Positions 27,466 through 41,855 of a stretch of 64,000 nucleotides of DNA are shown here, one piece after another. Location of the stretch: contig CM075987.1 in NCBI GenBank assembly GCA_038087875.1, forward strand, positions 23,624,001 to 23,688,000. The letters run 5' to 3'. The position numbers and the translations under genes are program-made. The stretch comes from Malacoraja senta (lineage: Eukaryota). The notes under the pieces are model-generated. The model saw only the letters and a program-made list of their open reading frames with translations, did not search any database and was not told where the DNA came from. Each line of letters begins with the position of its first letter. The first letter of the stretch is position 1.

Positions 27466-27600
27466 AGGGTCAGTGCCTCCACCGGGCAACCTCGCCCCAG
27501 TGAGGGTCAGTGAAGTGGGCCGCCCGTGCTTTGACCGTCAGTGCCGAAGACCTTTCATGAGAAACAAGTGCCATACCACTCATACCCCCGGCACGGGTCA

Positions 27601-27813
<213 letters not shown>

Positions 27814-28182
27814 TCATAGTCAATTCAAACAGAAAATTCAGAATTATAAAGTGCACGTCATAAACCAAGTCCAAAACACTCCTCAGTCAAATAAAGTGTA
27901 TTTTCCCCACAAAGTCCATGCTTTTTTGCAGTGCCCTATTTGGACACATGTCACTGCTACAAACAGCAACGTGAAAACTGGCAGAATCTCCGATTCAATT
28001 ATTTTGGATGAGGAATGAACAATGGCTTGGAATTTTGGGAAACTTCCTCAGATTTAATACACGAGACTAAATTCATCCTGAAGGCAGTCTCCACAGCCGC
28101 TTGGTGCCCCGGCCTCCGACTGGCATGGTGCACCAGCGAGCCCCTCTTTACCGGTGGTTCACACAGCTGTCGTCGCGGATCA

Positions 28183-28431
<249 letters not shown>

Positions 28432-30252
28432 CTATTTTAAAGCAGAATAAGGGAGGATGAGCACTGAAAAAACAGTTTATATCTCCGAAGACAACAGAGC
28501 ACCACAATGACAAGAGTACATAAATATCTTTAAGCTCACTCCCCCACTGCGACATTCGTAATAGGTTCATCTGCCACTTTTTAGAATTTAGAGATACAGT
28601 GCGGAAACGGGCCCTTCAACCCACTGAGTCCACGTCGACCAGTGATCACATTGCACTGGGGACAATTTACAATTGTTACTGAAGCCAATTAACCTGCAAA
28701 CTTGTATGTCTATGGAGTGTGGGAGGAAACCAGAGCACCCGGTGAAAACCCACGCAGTCACAGGGAGAACGTACAAACTCCATGGACATCACCCATAGTC
28801 AGGATTGAACCTGGGTCTCTGACACTGTAAGGCAGCAACTCTGTGTCACTGTGCCATCCATGTTGCAGTCAAACTGCAGGTCATCCCATGGGATAGCCTA
28901 AACCAGTTTGGCAGGGTGCTGAAATGAAACGTATGACTGGCTTAGATGGGTTGAGTGCATGACCACAAATGCGTCTGGCATGGCATGCAAGGTAGACACA
29001 AAATGCTGGAGTAATTCAGCGGGTTTGACCCGCCGAGTTACTCCTGCATTTTGCGTCTACCTTCGATTTTACCAGCATCTGCAGTTCTTTCTTTCACATG
29101 GCAAGCAAGGTAGCAGGACAAGTGGAATCCTGCTAGTGGCAATATATCATAAATCAAACATATGGACAAACTAGAAATTAATATGCCTGGCATTCGGGAA
29201 ATATAGGGAAGAAATAAAAATCAGGACATCATTGAATTGATTCAAGTTAAATGTGAACTATGTGTACAATGCATAGCTGCATCAATGCTACTTATGCCAC
29301 CATTATAACGTAGCCTGTTTGTATCAGCTAGTCAGAGTAATACAGAAATTTGGTACCCAAAATTGTGCTGAGCCTCAAGCACCCAACGTTATATCAATGT
29401 TACAATAAACCCACTAATCTTGACATTCTTGTCAATGCCACACAGATTCTCTCACTCAGCGACACACACAGGGACCATTTACAGTGGACAATTAATTTAC
29501 CAAGTCACATGTCTTCAGCATGTGGGAGGAAGCTTACACGGTCACAGAGACAATGTTCAAACTCCAGCACCAGAGGTCAGGATTGAATGCAGATCGCTGG
29601 AACTGTGCGGCAACAGCTCTGCTAGCTGTACAGCTGTGGCTCTGCAGGGAGCATTATCCCAGCACCAACACCTCATTCTGATGTAGGGCCAGGAGAAGCA
29701 TTGGCCGAGTTAAACTGCTGGGCATTGAATGCAACACAATTCCTACATGTACAGTCAGAGACAGGTGCCAACTCTTGAGTCTATGCTATTCTAAGCCCTG
29801 CTATTTTATTCATGTCATCTATCCTTATCAATCACCAATACTTATCTCCCTAGTTTCTTGCCTGTCTTCTGTCAAGTTTTCTAACACACTGAGCTGGAAG
29901 GGTCAGAGAACATATTACAGTACAAGAACAAGCCCTTCGGCCCACAACGTCTGTGCCAAGACCATCACTCATCTTCCTGCACCTTACCCACATTCCTCCA
30001 TATTGTGCATATCCATATGCTTTCTAAAAGTCTCTTAAATGCCACTAATGTATCTTCTTTGACCACCCTTCTAGCAGCCTGTTCCAGACACTCACCATCC
30101 TCTGTGTGTGTGGGGGGGGGGGGGGGGGATAACTTTCCTCATACATCTTTAAACTTTGTCCCTCTCATCTTAAAGTTACGCTCTCTAGTGTTTGATTTTT
30201 CCATCCTAGGAAAAAATATTCTGACCCTTTACCCACACAAATGCCTCCTGTT

Positions 30253-30847
30253 AAGGCCTGTCCCACTTGGCCGTCATTTATGCGACAGGCCGGTAGTGAC
30301 TGACGCACGACGGTCGCACGCGTTATCATGCGCCCGCACAGCCGTTTGGAGCGCGTGACGTCATTTGTAGATAGACACAAAATGCAGGAGTAACTCAGCG
30401 GGACCGCAGCATCTCTGGAGAGAAGGGATGGATGATGTTTCGGGCTGAGACTCTTCTTCAGTCTGAAGAAGGGTCTAGTTCCGAAACGTCACCCATTGCT
30501 TCTCTCCAGAGATGCTGCCGGTCCTGCTGAGTTACTCCAGCATTTTGTGTCTATCTTCAATCGTCTTGGCCCCGCTCTGGGAGTAGGAGTGGGGGCGGAT
30601 CCAGATCCGCAACGGCCGTGAGCCCCAGGCCGAGCTCGGCGATCGTTTGCCTGCTTCTGCTGCTGTTGGAGGTGAGACGTTGCGCCGCGCCAGGGTCTTG
30701 GGCCTGTCCCACTTTGGCCGTCAGTTACGCGAAAGGCCGGTGGCGCGTGAAGATTTTGTGCAGGACGAAGTCCACACTCCTCCACGCGCCCGTCCTGCGC
30801 TACCCACACGCTAGCAGGTCGCGTAAATGGCGCGTGAATGACGGCCC
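30253..30847. mobile_element. Related MITE (GGCCTGTCCCACTT end), right end truncated, interrupted by a fold-back PLE piece at ~30367-30560
   Basis: TIR motif at ~30255 and again internally at ~30701; inverse subterminal sequence (GTCGCGTAAAT...TGACGGCC) at ~30818-30846. Confidence 0.62.
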
Positions 30848-31169
30848 TTTATTTTATATATTTCTATCAGGTCTTCCTGCAACCTCCAACATTTCAGAGA
30901 AGACAATCCAAGTCAGTCCAACCTCTCCGTGTTGCTAATACCATCTAATCCAGGCTATCTATCAGCCATGACCCTCCCCAACCACATTTCCATAACATCA
31001 CAGTCACAATCATCAATCCATGTATTAATCTGCTTTCTCCACAATACTCCTTGCATTGAAATAAACACGCCTCAGCCCATCAGCAACACCAAATTCCTTC
31101 ACCTTTCCATGCCTGTCTGTCCTTTGAGACTTACTGGTTCTAACTTCCACCTTCCACCATTCTTTCTAA

Positions 31170-31420
31170 TTTCTGACCGACTGCTCTGGTTCCCCACCCC
31201 ACCTCTCCAGATTAAACCCTCCTAAGTAGCACCAGCCAACCTCCCTGCAAGGGATACTGGTCCCCCTCCAGTTCAGATGCAACCCGTCCCTCTTGTACAG
31301 GTCACCTCTGCCCCAGTAGAGATCCCAATGGTCTAAAAATTGAATCCCACCTGCACCAATTCCTGAGGTAAACATCCATCCATCCTGCCTTCTTATTTCT
31401 ACCCTCACTAGCACGTAATC
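31170..31420 (-). mobile_element. CR1 ORF1 (SGNH esterase-like) fragment
   Basis: FLDHWDLYWGRGDLYKRDGLHLNWRGT matches the DGLHL motif of CR1 ORF1. Confidence 0.72.
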
Positions 31421-31572
31421 CAGAGATCATTGTTATTCATGACGTTATTGCCAGTCATGAGATTATTGTCAATTGAGATCGTCATTCATGACCAGAGCAC
31501 AGATGACCTGCAACACTCACTAACTGTACCTGACTTTAATAATGCCACTCACAAGTCATTATTTGCATGTCA

Positions 31573-31833
<261 letters not shown>

Positions 31834-32699
31834 TCACCATCGCTGGAAAACTTACACGAGTAAGATCCAGCCCATCTGCAATTTCTATTATGTCCTTGGA
31901 TTGAGGACAGGGGTGGTGGTGTAGTGGTTAAATTACTAGCTCAGCAGCCAGAGTTCTAGGTTGTTGGTAGGTTCAAATCCCACCCTGGCTCTGCAGGAAT
32001 TTGAATTCAAGTCATTGATTAAAGTGAGAATTGTCCGAGCATGACAATGACACAGCTAGTAGAGCCGCTGGATCACAGAGCCAGAGACCAGGGTTCAATC
32101 CAGACCTCGGGTCAGTCTGTGTGGAATGTGTGTGCTCATCCTGTGAAGGATTTCTTCCGACATCTCACAGATGTGCAAGTTGGTAGGTTAATTAGCCACT
32201 GGAGTAAATTGCTGCAGTGATGTGGTGAGTGGAAGAAACTGAGGGAACTAGGATAGAAAACTGGGATTAATGCTGGATTGTTGTAAATGGTGGCTGACGG
32301 TTGGTACAGACACGCTGGGCTGAAGGGCCTGTTTCTGTGCTGTATCGCTAACTCTATCTTGGTGTACATTGCCTCCAGAGGTGCAAGAAGAGCCCACCCA
32401 TCTTCTTCCCACTCATGTCTGCAGAGCTTATCCAGCAACACTAGATACTCCCTCCCTCCAGGATTAGCAGCCAAGGGCAGAAGTTGAGCATGGAGACCAG
32501 GAGGTCTGGTTTTGATTTGTGGTTACATTCAGCTTCTATTGGCCTCAATGTTATGGAGAGAGAGGAGCAGTGACAGTGCCTGCTTTAATCACATTCCAGA
32601 TACTATTAGGCAAAGTGAGGTGGTCAAAGTTGGGCAAACAAATACATGTGGCAGGGAAGATTAGGACTAATTCTTGAAAAAAAAACCACAGCCTATTCT

Positions 32700-33297
32700 G
32701 AAGCAGAGGCTGAATAAGGCACTGGTCAGGCCACTTTTGTACTATTGTGAGCGGTTTTGGGCCCCATATCTGGGGAAGCATGTGCTGGCATCAGAGAGGG
32801 TCCACAGGAGGTTTACAAGAATGATCCTGGGGATGATTGGGTTAACGTACGAGGAGCGTTTGATGGCTCAGGGCCTGTCCTTGCAGGAGTTTAGAAGAAT
32901 GAGGTGGGTGGGGAGGGGGGATCGCATTGAAATCAACCGAATAATGAAAGATCCAGATAAAGCGGACATGGAAAAGATGTTTCCAGTCAGAGAGTCCAGG
33001 ACCAGAGGGCAGAGCCTCAGAATAAAAGGACGTACCTTTGGAATGGAGCTGAAGGGGCATTTCTTTTGCCAGAGGGTGGTGAATCTGTGGAATTCAGTGC
33101 CACAGATGACTGTTGAGGTCAAGTCATTGGCTAAATTTACATAGCAAAGATTGATAGATTCTTGATTAGTAGGGGTGTTAAAGGTTATGGGGAGGAGGCA
33201 GGTGAATGGGGGTTGAGCAGGAAAAATAGATCAGCCATGATTGAATGATGGAGTAGACTCAATGAGCCAAATAGCCTCATTCCGCTCCTCTGTCTTA
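32700..33297 (+). mobile_element. CR1/HER1-like LINE 3' fragment
   Basis: KALVRPLLYYC...RRFTRMI...LWNSVPQ. Confidence 0.82.
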
Positions 33298-33310
33298 AGG
33301 AATGCTTTTA

Positions 33311-33499
<189 letters not shown>

Positions 33500-33882
33500 T
33501 TAATTTAAAGCAACTTGCATTTATCATTACCAGGTCAAACTGTAATTGCAGGTAGTGTTTAAGTACTACTCCAACAGATGCCCAACCTGCACTCACCCCC
33601 CCCCCCCCCCCCCAGCTCAACGATCTCACTGCTACCATAAGACAACAATTATAAACATGTCAGACTGCAAAACCCACCCCAACCTATAGTTCATTCTTCA
33701 TAGCTTATGTAAAAATCATGGTTGATTATCTTTGTTTGGCTTCTTTTACAGAACACCCCAGCTGCAGAATCACTTTAGATTAAAGGAGCTCACGTTGAAG
33801 GTACTAATCACCACCTACCTTGACCAACGGAGAGATAATTAATTCTATCCCACTGCTTCCTTGTGTGTAGCAAATGGATGAA

Positions 33883-34415
33883 ATAGACAATAGACAACAG
33901 GTGCAGGAGTAGGCCATTTGGCCCTTCGAGCCAGCACCGCCATTCAATGTGATCATGGCTGATCATCCACAATCAGTACCCCATTCCTGCCTTCTCCCCA
34001 TATCCCCTGACTCCGCTATTTTTAAGAGCCCTATCCAGCTCTCTCTTGAAAGCATCCAGAGAACCTGCCTCCACCACCCTCTGAGGCAAAGAATTCCACA
34101 CTCACCACTCTCTGTGAGAAAATGTGTTTCCTCGTCTCCGTTCTAAATGGCTTACCCCTTATTCATAAACTGTGGCCCCTGGTTCTGGACTCCCCCAACA
34201 TCGGGAACATGTTTCCTGCCTCTAGCATGTCCAAACCCTTAACAATCTTATATGTTTCAATAAGATCTCCTCTCATCCTTCTAAACTCCAGAGTGTACAA
34301 GCCCAGATGCTCTATTCTCTCAGCATATGACAGTCCCGCCAACCCGGGAATTAACCTTGTAAACCTACGCTGCACCACCTCAATAGCAAGAATGTCCTTC
34401 CTCAAATTAGGGGAC
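33883..34415 (-). mobile_element. CR1/HER1-like LINE 3' end
   Basis: SPNLRKDILAIEVVQRRFTRLIPG. Confidence 0.88.
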
Positions 34416-37034
34416 TTTAGGATGTCACCATTATACATCTTCCAAACAGCTTCCAGCATATTATTTTATCCAGTCTAGTTAAGATTCTGATCACCGGTGA
34501 CTACCGGGACTATGTCTGTGACAATGGCATTGGCTACCAGGAGTAGGTACTTAATAGTGTTCAGATCATTGCTGAGCAGAACATATTGTAAATATTGATA
34601 TGGGCCCCTGTTTGGTCCACCCTCCTTCAACACCTCGCTAATCCAATTTTTACATCTATTCCCTTAATTTTTAGCCTTTCTGCTCAGACCAGTAAACTCT
34701 TCCCTTTCACAGTCCAGTAGCTCATTATTGATTAAGTCTCTCTTCAGCCTTCTCTGGTCCGAAGAAAGCAGCATCCGCCAACTTAATCTTTCCTCGGAAC
34801 CAAACGTTGCCACCCTCGGCAACATCTCCTTAATCACCGAGAACGTCCTTATTGTAATGTTATTCGAACATATAATGTTATATCTGGAAATTTCGATGTG
34901 GTCTAACAAATTTTATTCCAGCACAATCTCCCTGATTTTATGTTTATGGTTTGATCAATGAGGTATTCCATATGCCTTCTTAACTATCGCTTACCTGCCC
35001 TGGCATTTTTGGGGAAATGTGAACTTTCCAAGAGCATTCCAAGATCGCTCTGCTTCTTTGCACCTATTTGACATTGGCTTACACTGTTTGCTTTCCCCGA
35101 AATAAATTACCTTGCCTTCAATTCCTTTTCCACTATAATGGCCAGATGATCAATCCATTATTATACTGGCAAAGATCAATAGATTTCTATTGTAAATACT
35201 GCAGACAATGTTTGTATCCTCTGAAAACATTGTAATTGTGTGATTATTAATATAATGCACATGCAGAAAACACACAGAGCATGGAACCCTGCCACAAACT
35301 ATCTTCCATTCACAAAAACATAATATTACATCCTGTCACGGAGCCAGTTTTGAATCTAACTTGCCACTTCACTTGGATCCCATGTGACTTTAATCTTCCG
35401 AGCAGTTTGCCAACTCGGATTTGGTGAATACCAAGTTAAAACCTATGCACATTACATCCAATACTTCCATTATCAGCACTGAAATTCCATGCAACTTGCT
35501 CAAAATTTCCAATTGTTAATCAGACACAACCTTAATTCATGAAGAAAGGTCTTGACCCAAAACGTCGCCCATTCCTTCTCTCCAGAAATGCTGCCAGTTA
35601 CTCCACAATTTTGTGTCTACCTTAATTCATGTCAACGGTTTCTGTTTCGTCTTTTTCCCTATCTCAATGATTTAAACTGTTTCTCCGAATATTGTCTAAT
35701 GACTTGCTTAGCACTGATTGCAGGCTGACTGCTCTGGAATTGTCAGGCATATCACTGGCTTCCCTTTTAAACATCAGTACTGCATCTTGCATCTTCCTGA
35801 TATCTGACACATGCAGCCTGAGGGGATTGCTGCTTTTAACAGTCTTGGACACAATTCATCTGTGTCTCGTGTGTCTATGTTTTATAATTATTACTTCACA
35901 CTCAATCCTTTTTAACATCTTCCACCGCTCATGGCATGATCTTCTTGCAAAAGCTCCTGTCAAATAAAGCATTTACTTCATTCCCCTACTTCTGTCCCAT
36001 GAATCTTTTCTAGCTTACATCCACCACTCCAAATGTTCCTTTCTATTCTAATGACTAGTTAAAACTGGAACTTACTTCCTAACAACAGAGGTATATGCTG
36101 CTCATTTTTCACAGTAAAATTAAGCAGCTTTACCATGAGTTAGAAGTAGGATCTCACCATTTTTGAGCGTGAGGGCATATCCTTACATCTGTGTAAAGGT
36201 GACTGTTCCCACAAGCAGCAGGAGTCTTGATTTACTGTTTATGTCCACTTGAGATGTTTATCAACCCTATTCCCTGACATTTCAAGTTCAAGTTCACATT
36301 TATCGCCACATGCACCAGTTAGGGTACAGTGGAATTTGACTTGCCATGCAGCCATACAATCAAAAAGAGCACAATACACAATAGAATACAACGTGAACAT
36401 CCACCACAGTGGAATCAACATTCTTCACTGTGGTGGAAGGCAATAACGTTCAGTCACTCCTCCTCCTCCTTTCAATGTGGATGCAACTTCTTAACGCAAA
36501 GTCTCTCAGCAAATGGATTCTCAAAGCCTCCATTTTAAAACTTCCACTCTTAGGCATAACTTCAATTCAAAGGAAGTAAAATCACGACAGGCAGCAATTG
36601 TCAAAGAGCTGTTGAAACATTCACTGCGTTTATTTTTAATTTAGTTTGGAAAAACTTGCTATTGTTAGGACAGTGACCACGGGTTTATATAATTTATGCC
36701 CGACAAATTAAAGAGTTCTTCCATTTGAGCAGAAAAGCCACTTAAACAATCCCTCAGTACTCTGGCAAAAGATGTGCATTTAAAACACTGTGATGAGAGT
36801 GACATTTCCCCTCTGATGTCTCATAAATCCAAGTCATCAGGGTTCAGAGACCACTTGGAGTTCCACCACAGGAGACAGAGTACATGCAAAATATGCAAGC
36901 AGCTTCACACACTTGCCGTGTAGTACAGATCAGGTTTGAGCCTAATCTGCAGAACTCCCTCAGAATTGCCACCTTCCCTCAGCACCAAGCGATCAGTGCT
37001 TTGTCTGCAAACTCAATCATTACGTCTAACTTGC

Positions 37035-37112
37035 CTTATTTTGATTGGAGGAAGAAGGCGCTGACTGTGTTTTCGTGCACTCGGTCTCACATTTCTTGTC
37101 TTCGGTCGCCAT
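37035..37112 (-). CDS. WDR5: WDR5 coding exon 1 (MATEDKKCETECTKTQSAPSSSNQNK); full exon including 5'UTR is 37035-37213
   Basis: ATG at 37112-37110. Resembles the human N-terminus MATEEKKPETE...QSK. Acceptor ttttttttgtag ends at 37214. Donor is AAG|GCAAGT (GC type). Confidence 0.93.
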
Positions 37113-37880
37113 CCTTGCTGTCTGTATCAACCCGGCAGAACTTGTGATGGAGCAGCAGGCCAAACCCTTCAGAATACAACCGCCTGGCCAGATACAGGCC
37201 GCGAGAGCAGTATCTACAAAAAAAATGGAGCTGTCAGAAGCATAGTATAAATCCACGCGGACATGACAATGAAGCAGCATAAAAACCATTGCAGAGCTAG
37301 AGGTTGTATGTTCACACAGTACATCTCTCGAGCAGTGATCTGGGAATAGATTCCAATTAATAACATTAAAAACACCATTAACATTTGATTCTGCAAAATG
37401 CTTATGGTAGAGAAAACAACTACTAACAAAAGGGACAAATACTTTTGCTCCCTACTGGGGAATAGTGATGAAGAGTCAGAGACATAACAATTCAGAACAC
37501 AGAGTGCTTGAAGAACTCAGGCAACAGCTCTGGAAGTTATGATAAGATCATAAGTGATAGGAGCAGAATCGGGCCATTCGGCCTATCTACTCCACCATTC
37601 AACCATGGCTGATCTATCTCTTCCTTCTAACCCCATTATCCTGCCTTTTCCCCCATAACCTCTGATACCTGGATAGGCAATGTTACGGGTTGGGATCCTT
37701 CTTCAGACTTCACATCTCTATGTATGTCCTCCAGAGACTTTGGAGTTACTCCAGCACTGTGTTCACACAAGATTCCAGCATCTGCAGTTCCTTGTGTCTG
37801 CAAGACAGTTCCCTAGGCTTGGGGTAGTGAAGCTAAGGAAGCACAAAACTGCCATCGGTCAGCGTGCACCACATTATCAC

Positions 37881-38023
37881 CTTCTTCAGTCTGAAGAAGG
37901 GTTTCGGCCCGAAACGTTGCCCATTTCCTTCGCTCCATAGATGCTGCTGCACCCGCTGAGTTTCTCCAGCACTTTTGTCTACCTTCGATTTTCCAGCATC
38001 TGCAGTTCCTTCTTAAACTCTTA
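37881..38023 (+). mobile_element. Short PLE-end insertion (143 bp)
   Basis: 13-bp TSD ACCACATTATCAC at 37868-37880 and 38024-38036; intact hammerhead-like core at 37891. Confidence 0.82.
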
Positions 38024-38044
38024 ACCACATTATCACTGATGGTT

Positions 38045-38830
38045 ACCAATGACACAAAAATAGGTAGGCGGATGTTGGTAGACTGCAGTTGATTAAAGAT
38101 AATTTGAGAGAATGGGCAAAAGCTTGGCAAATTTAATTTAATGTGGGAAATTGTGAGGTTATGCGCTTCGGTAAGAATCCAAAGACATAATTTAAATAGA
38201 CGAAGATTGCAGATGAGTGAGGTACAGATCTGTGTGTTCTTGGGCACAAATAGGCAAGTGCAGCAAATGGTTAGCAAGGCAAATGGCACATTGGTCTTTA
38301 TTGCAAGACAGTTGGAGTTTAGAAAGAGAGAAATATTGTCCAAGGGTACTGCCTAGGCTACTTGTGTGCAAGTTTAGTGCAATTTAAGAAAGGATATACT
38401 GGCATAATAGGCAGTCCAAAATAATTCACCAGACTAAAATGAAGAGTTGTTCTATCAAGAGCGGTTCAAGAAATTAGATCTATATTCTTTGAATTACAGC
38501 AGAGTAAGTAAGGGGTGATCTAATTGGAACATACAAGATCCATAGGGGACAGGGAGGGATGGGGGGAAAGGACATTGTAGATGTTGTTAAGTTCCCATTA
38601 GTGGTAGAATCTCAAATGAAGGGATACAGTTATAAGCTTAGGGGGCAGCCATTTAAAACTAAAGTGCACAGGACCTTTTCAGTGGGTAGTAAATCTAGAA
38701 TTCTCTAACCTGTTGGGTTGTGGAGACGAGCTCGCTGGAGGTATTTAAAGAAGTAAATACATTTGAGAAAGATCAAAGAATAGAGGGCCATGGAGGAGAG
38801 GAGGCCTGGGCCAGATCAGCCATGATCATA
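38045..38830 (+). mobile_element. Old degenerate CR1-like LINE
   Basis: Decayed DDTK / VQQMVSKANG motifs and the family 3' end. Confidence 0.65.
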
Positions 38831-41360
38831 CTGAAATGCTGCCTGACCTGCTGAGTTACTTCACCACTTTGTGTCCTTTTGTGTGTATTAACCAGCATCT
38901 GCACTTTTTTTGTTTCTACATATTGAAAGGCAGGACTGGTTTGAGGGGCCGAGTGGCCTGCTCCTATTTCCTGATGTTCTAATGCTGTTATTGAAGACAC
39001 TCCGTTGCAGGATGATGGTAGGAGGGAATCGTGGAGTGGGATTGAGCACCGGCTGTTTTAATATCACACCCAGGTGAAAGAAATGTGTTGGCATAATTCA
39101 CACGGCGATGTCTCTGCAATCAGCAAAGTGACAGCTTTTTATTGCAGATGAACTGGAGCGTATACATCGCAAAGTGCGCGGGCATTTTGCTTAGCTTTTA
39201 TGCCAATTACACCATAGGTCAATGGTGGTTTGTAACCTGTGCACGGGCAATCTCTGTTGGTCACCATTGTTCATAAATAATCGCCTCTCTGGGTTTCGGT
39301 TCACCTACCGCCAATATGATCCTTTCATTCAAGCATGGTTTCCCTCCCCTTTATGTACTGTCACTGTACTATAATGTGTCAGAGCTTGATCTATGACCAG
39401 TTGAGCAATCTGAGGAGGAAGCACAATGCAATGAGAGGGCATTCTTTGGTATCAGACCTGTGTATGAAGGACACAGAAATTGCTGGAGTAACTAAGCAGA
39501 TCAGTCAGCAGCCGTGGAAAACATAGTTAGGTTATGTTTTGGGTCGGTATCCTTGTTCAGGATGAAGCATGTCTATACAGTTAGAAAGGATAATCAAATT
39601 TACCTGAACCTAATAAAATGAATTGAAATTCAAAGTGAAAAAAATCATTCAACATTGTTGGCTATGGATGTTGTGACACCTCTATTCAAATAAAGAACAC
39701 CCGCTTCTCAATTTATCATTAGCAGGAAAGGTTCTAGTACCATTTCAGAAAAATACAAGGTCTTTCAGAAAATAACAGAGAGGCATAGATTCTCATAGTG
39801 TGGAAACAGGCTCTTCAGCCCAACTTGCCCACACCAACCAACAAGCCCCATCTACACTCGTCCCACCCACCTGAAATCCATATACATCTGGCCTCGTCAA
39901 CCTCTTCAAAAAACTCAACCAGATTCGTAAAACACTATCTCCGACATACAAAACCTTTAACTACCCAAAAGAAAGGTAGGTAAACTAACTACACTTAATC
40001 TGCTTGTCCATCTAAATGCATGCATATTTTATCCCTCAGAACATTCTTTTGTAACTTTCTGACCACAGAAGTTAGGCTCAACAGATCAGATTTATGAAGA
40101 AAATACGATTCTGTTTTTTCCAAGTGTTTTTAAGAATTTATAACTCAGATGGGATGATGGTAAAATAAAATGAGTGTGGGTAATAAACTGAAGAAATAAT
40201 TTATCTTTTTAAGCACAAAATGGAGCCGTCTTTAGGTCAACAGGCCAACCAGTGAAAGGCTTCTGAATAACATAATAGGGAAACTGGGTAGCCATGCAAA
40301 GAACTGCATGTAATTTTGAGGATGAAGCGGGGAAAAGGGGCATAAAATAACGAAATATCCTGCAGATGCTGAAGGCTTGCAATAAAAGAAAACAAAGTTC
40401 TAAAACAAACAAATTAGGAATATCTATGGACAAAGAAAATGGATGTTTGCACTTCAGATCTATGACTATCTAGTCAAGACTTTCAACTTTACTTCAGGAT
40501 GAGAAGTTGATAATTAAATATCCAATAAAGTTAATTAGGGAGTTGCAAGGTGACAGTTTGGAAGGATGAATGGGAGAGGAAGTGCACGCTGATAAAACTT
40601 CACCAGAAAGAGTTTAGGCAGAAGGGTTCATATGCACAACAATTTATTGGAAGACAGTAAATAAACCTATAAATAAATCACATGAAAGGTTTTATTAAAA
40701 GGCAGATGTTTTAACGGAGGAGTGTTAAACCTATGTACGTATGTAAATGTTTCTCTCCCGAGATAGGATCTGGTGTTTAGTTTTGGGCCGTCCATTAAAG
40801 GAGTAAACAATAAACAAAAAACAAAATCCGGAAAAAATCCACTCAGAATCCCAGAGGTAAGAAACTTTAACTTTATCAAAAATGGAAGTGATTAGAAGTT
40901 TGAAAATAAATCTCAGAGATATTTAATAATCTTATGCGTTTCACCTTGATAAAGAAAAACTATGATCAGTGTTCACCGAGTCAATCAACAATCAAATTCC
41001 GCTTCATCACAAAAACAATGGCAAGTTTATAAAATATTTGACTTTATACACATTCTCTTTTGGACAGAATATCTGACCAGAAAGTGGAAGCAGTCACAAT
41101 AAACACTTAAATTACGGAATACTTTGAAGAGATATGCTTAACCAGGTTGGGATAAAGGGAAGAGCTAACATTGAACAGAATGGCCTCCCTTCCACACTGC
41201 ACAAATTCTACCTTTACAGCAATATAACTAACTGAAGCCAGGACAGGTAACGACGCCCCACTGTGTCGCTTTATCATTTCATAAGATCACACCAATTCTA
41301 TACATCATACACTTATCTACCCAAACCCCATGCTTCTCAATCTTTCTTTGTCAGTCTCAG

Positions 41361-41855
41361 CACCTGCATCTCCTCCAACCTCATCTATTGCATCCGCTGC
41401 TCTAGATGTCAGCTGATCTATATCGTTTCGCCGAACACCTCCGCTCGGTCCGCAATAACCAACCTGACCTCCCAGTGGCTCAGCACTTCAACTCCCCCTC
41501 CCATTCCGTATCCGGCCTCTCTGTCCTGGGTCTCCTCCATGGCCAGAGCGAGCAACACCGGAAATTGGAGGAACAGCACCTCATATTCCGCTTTGGGGAG
41601 TCTGCATCCTGGGGCATGAACATTGAATTCTCCCAATTTTGCTAGCCCTAGCTGTCTCCTCCCCTTCCTCAGCCCTCGGGCTTCTCCTCCGCCTTTTTCC
41701 TTTCTTCTCCCCACCCCCCATCAGTCTGAAGAACGGTTTCGGCCCGAAACGGTGCCTAGTTCCTTCGCTCCATAGACGCTGCTGCACCCGCTGAGTTTCT
41801 CCAGCATTTTTGTGTACCTTCGATTTTCCAGCATTTGCAGTTCCTTCTTAAACAC
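41361..41855 (+). mobile_element. Penelope-like element 3' fragment (GIY-YIG C-terminus plus 3' region)
   Basis: Near-identical to 57051-57570 with an internal deletion. Confidence 0.85.

Noticed and set aside
26478..27545. CRISPR-like repeat/spacer appearance
   Set aside because: Vertebrate intron, degenerate repeats, spacers related to each other, no cas genes.
31911..32010. tRNA-like sequence with A and B boxes (a similar one at ~1255-1312)
   Set aside because: No proper cloverleaf or anticodon arm; more likely decayed tRNA-derived SINE heads.
36130..36240. Possible cryptic or poison exon in WDR5 (minus-strand donors ATG|gtgaga and ATG|gtaaag)
   Set aside because: No convincing polypyrimidine acceptor and no expression or conservation evidence available.
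36790..36820. C/D-box-like TGATGA...CTGA
   Set aside because: Boxes are only ~16 nt apart and lie antisense to the host gene.
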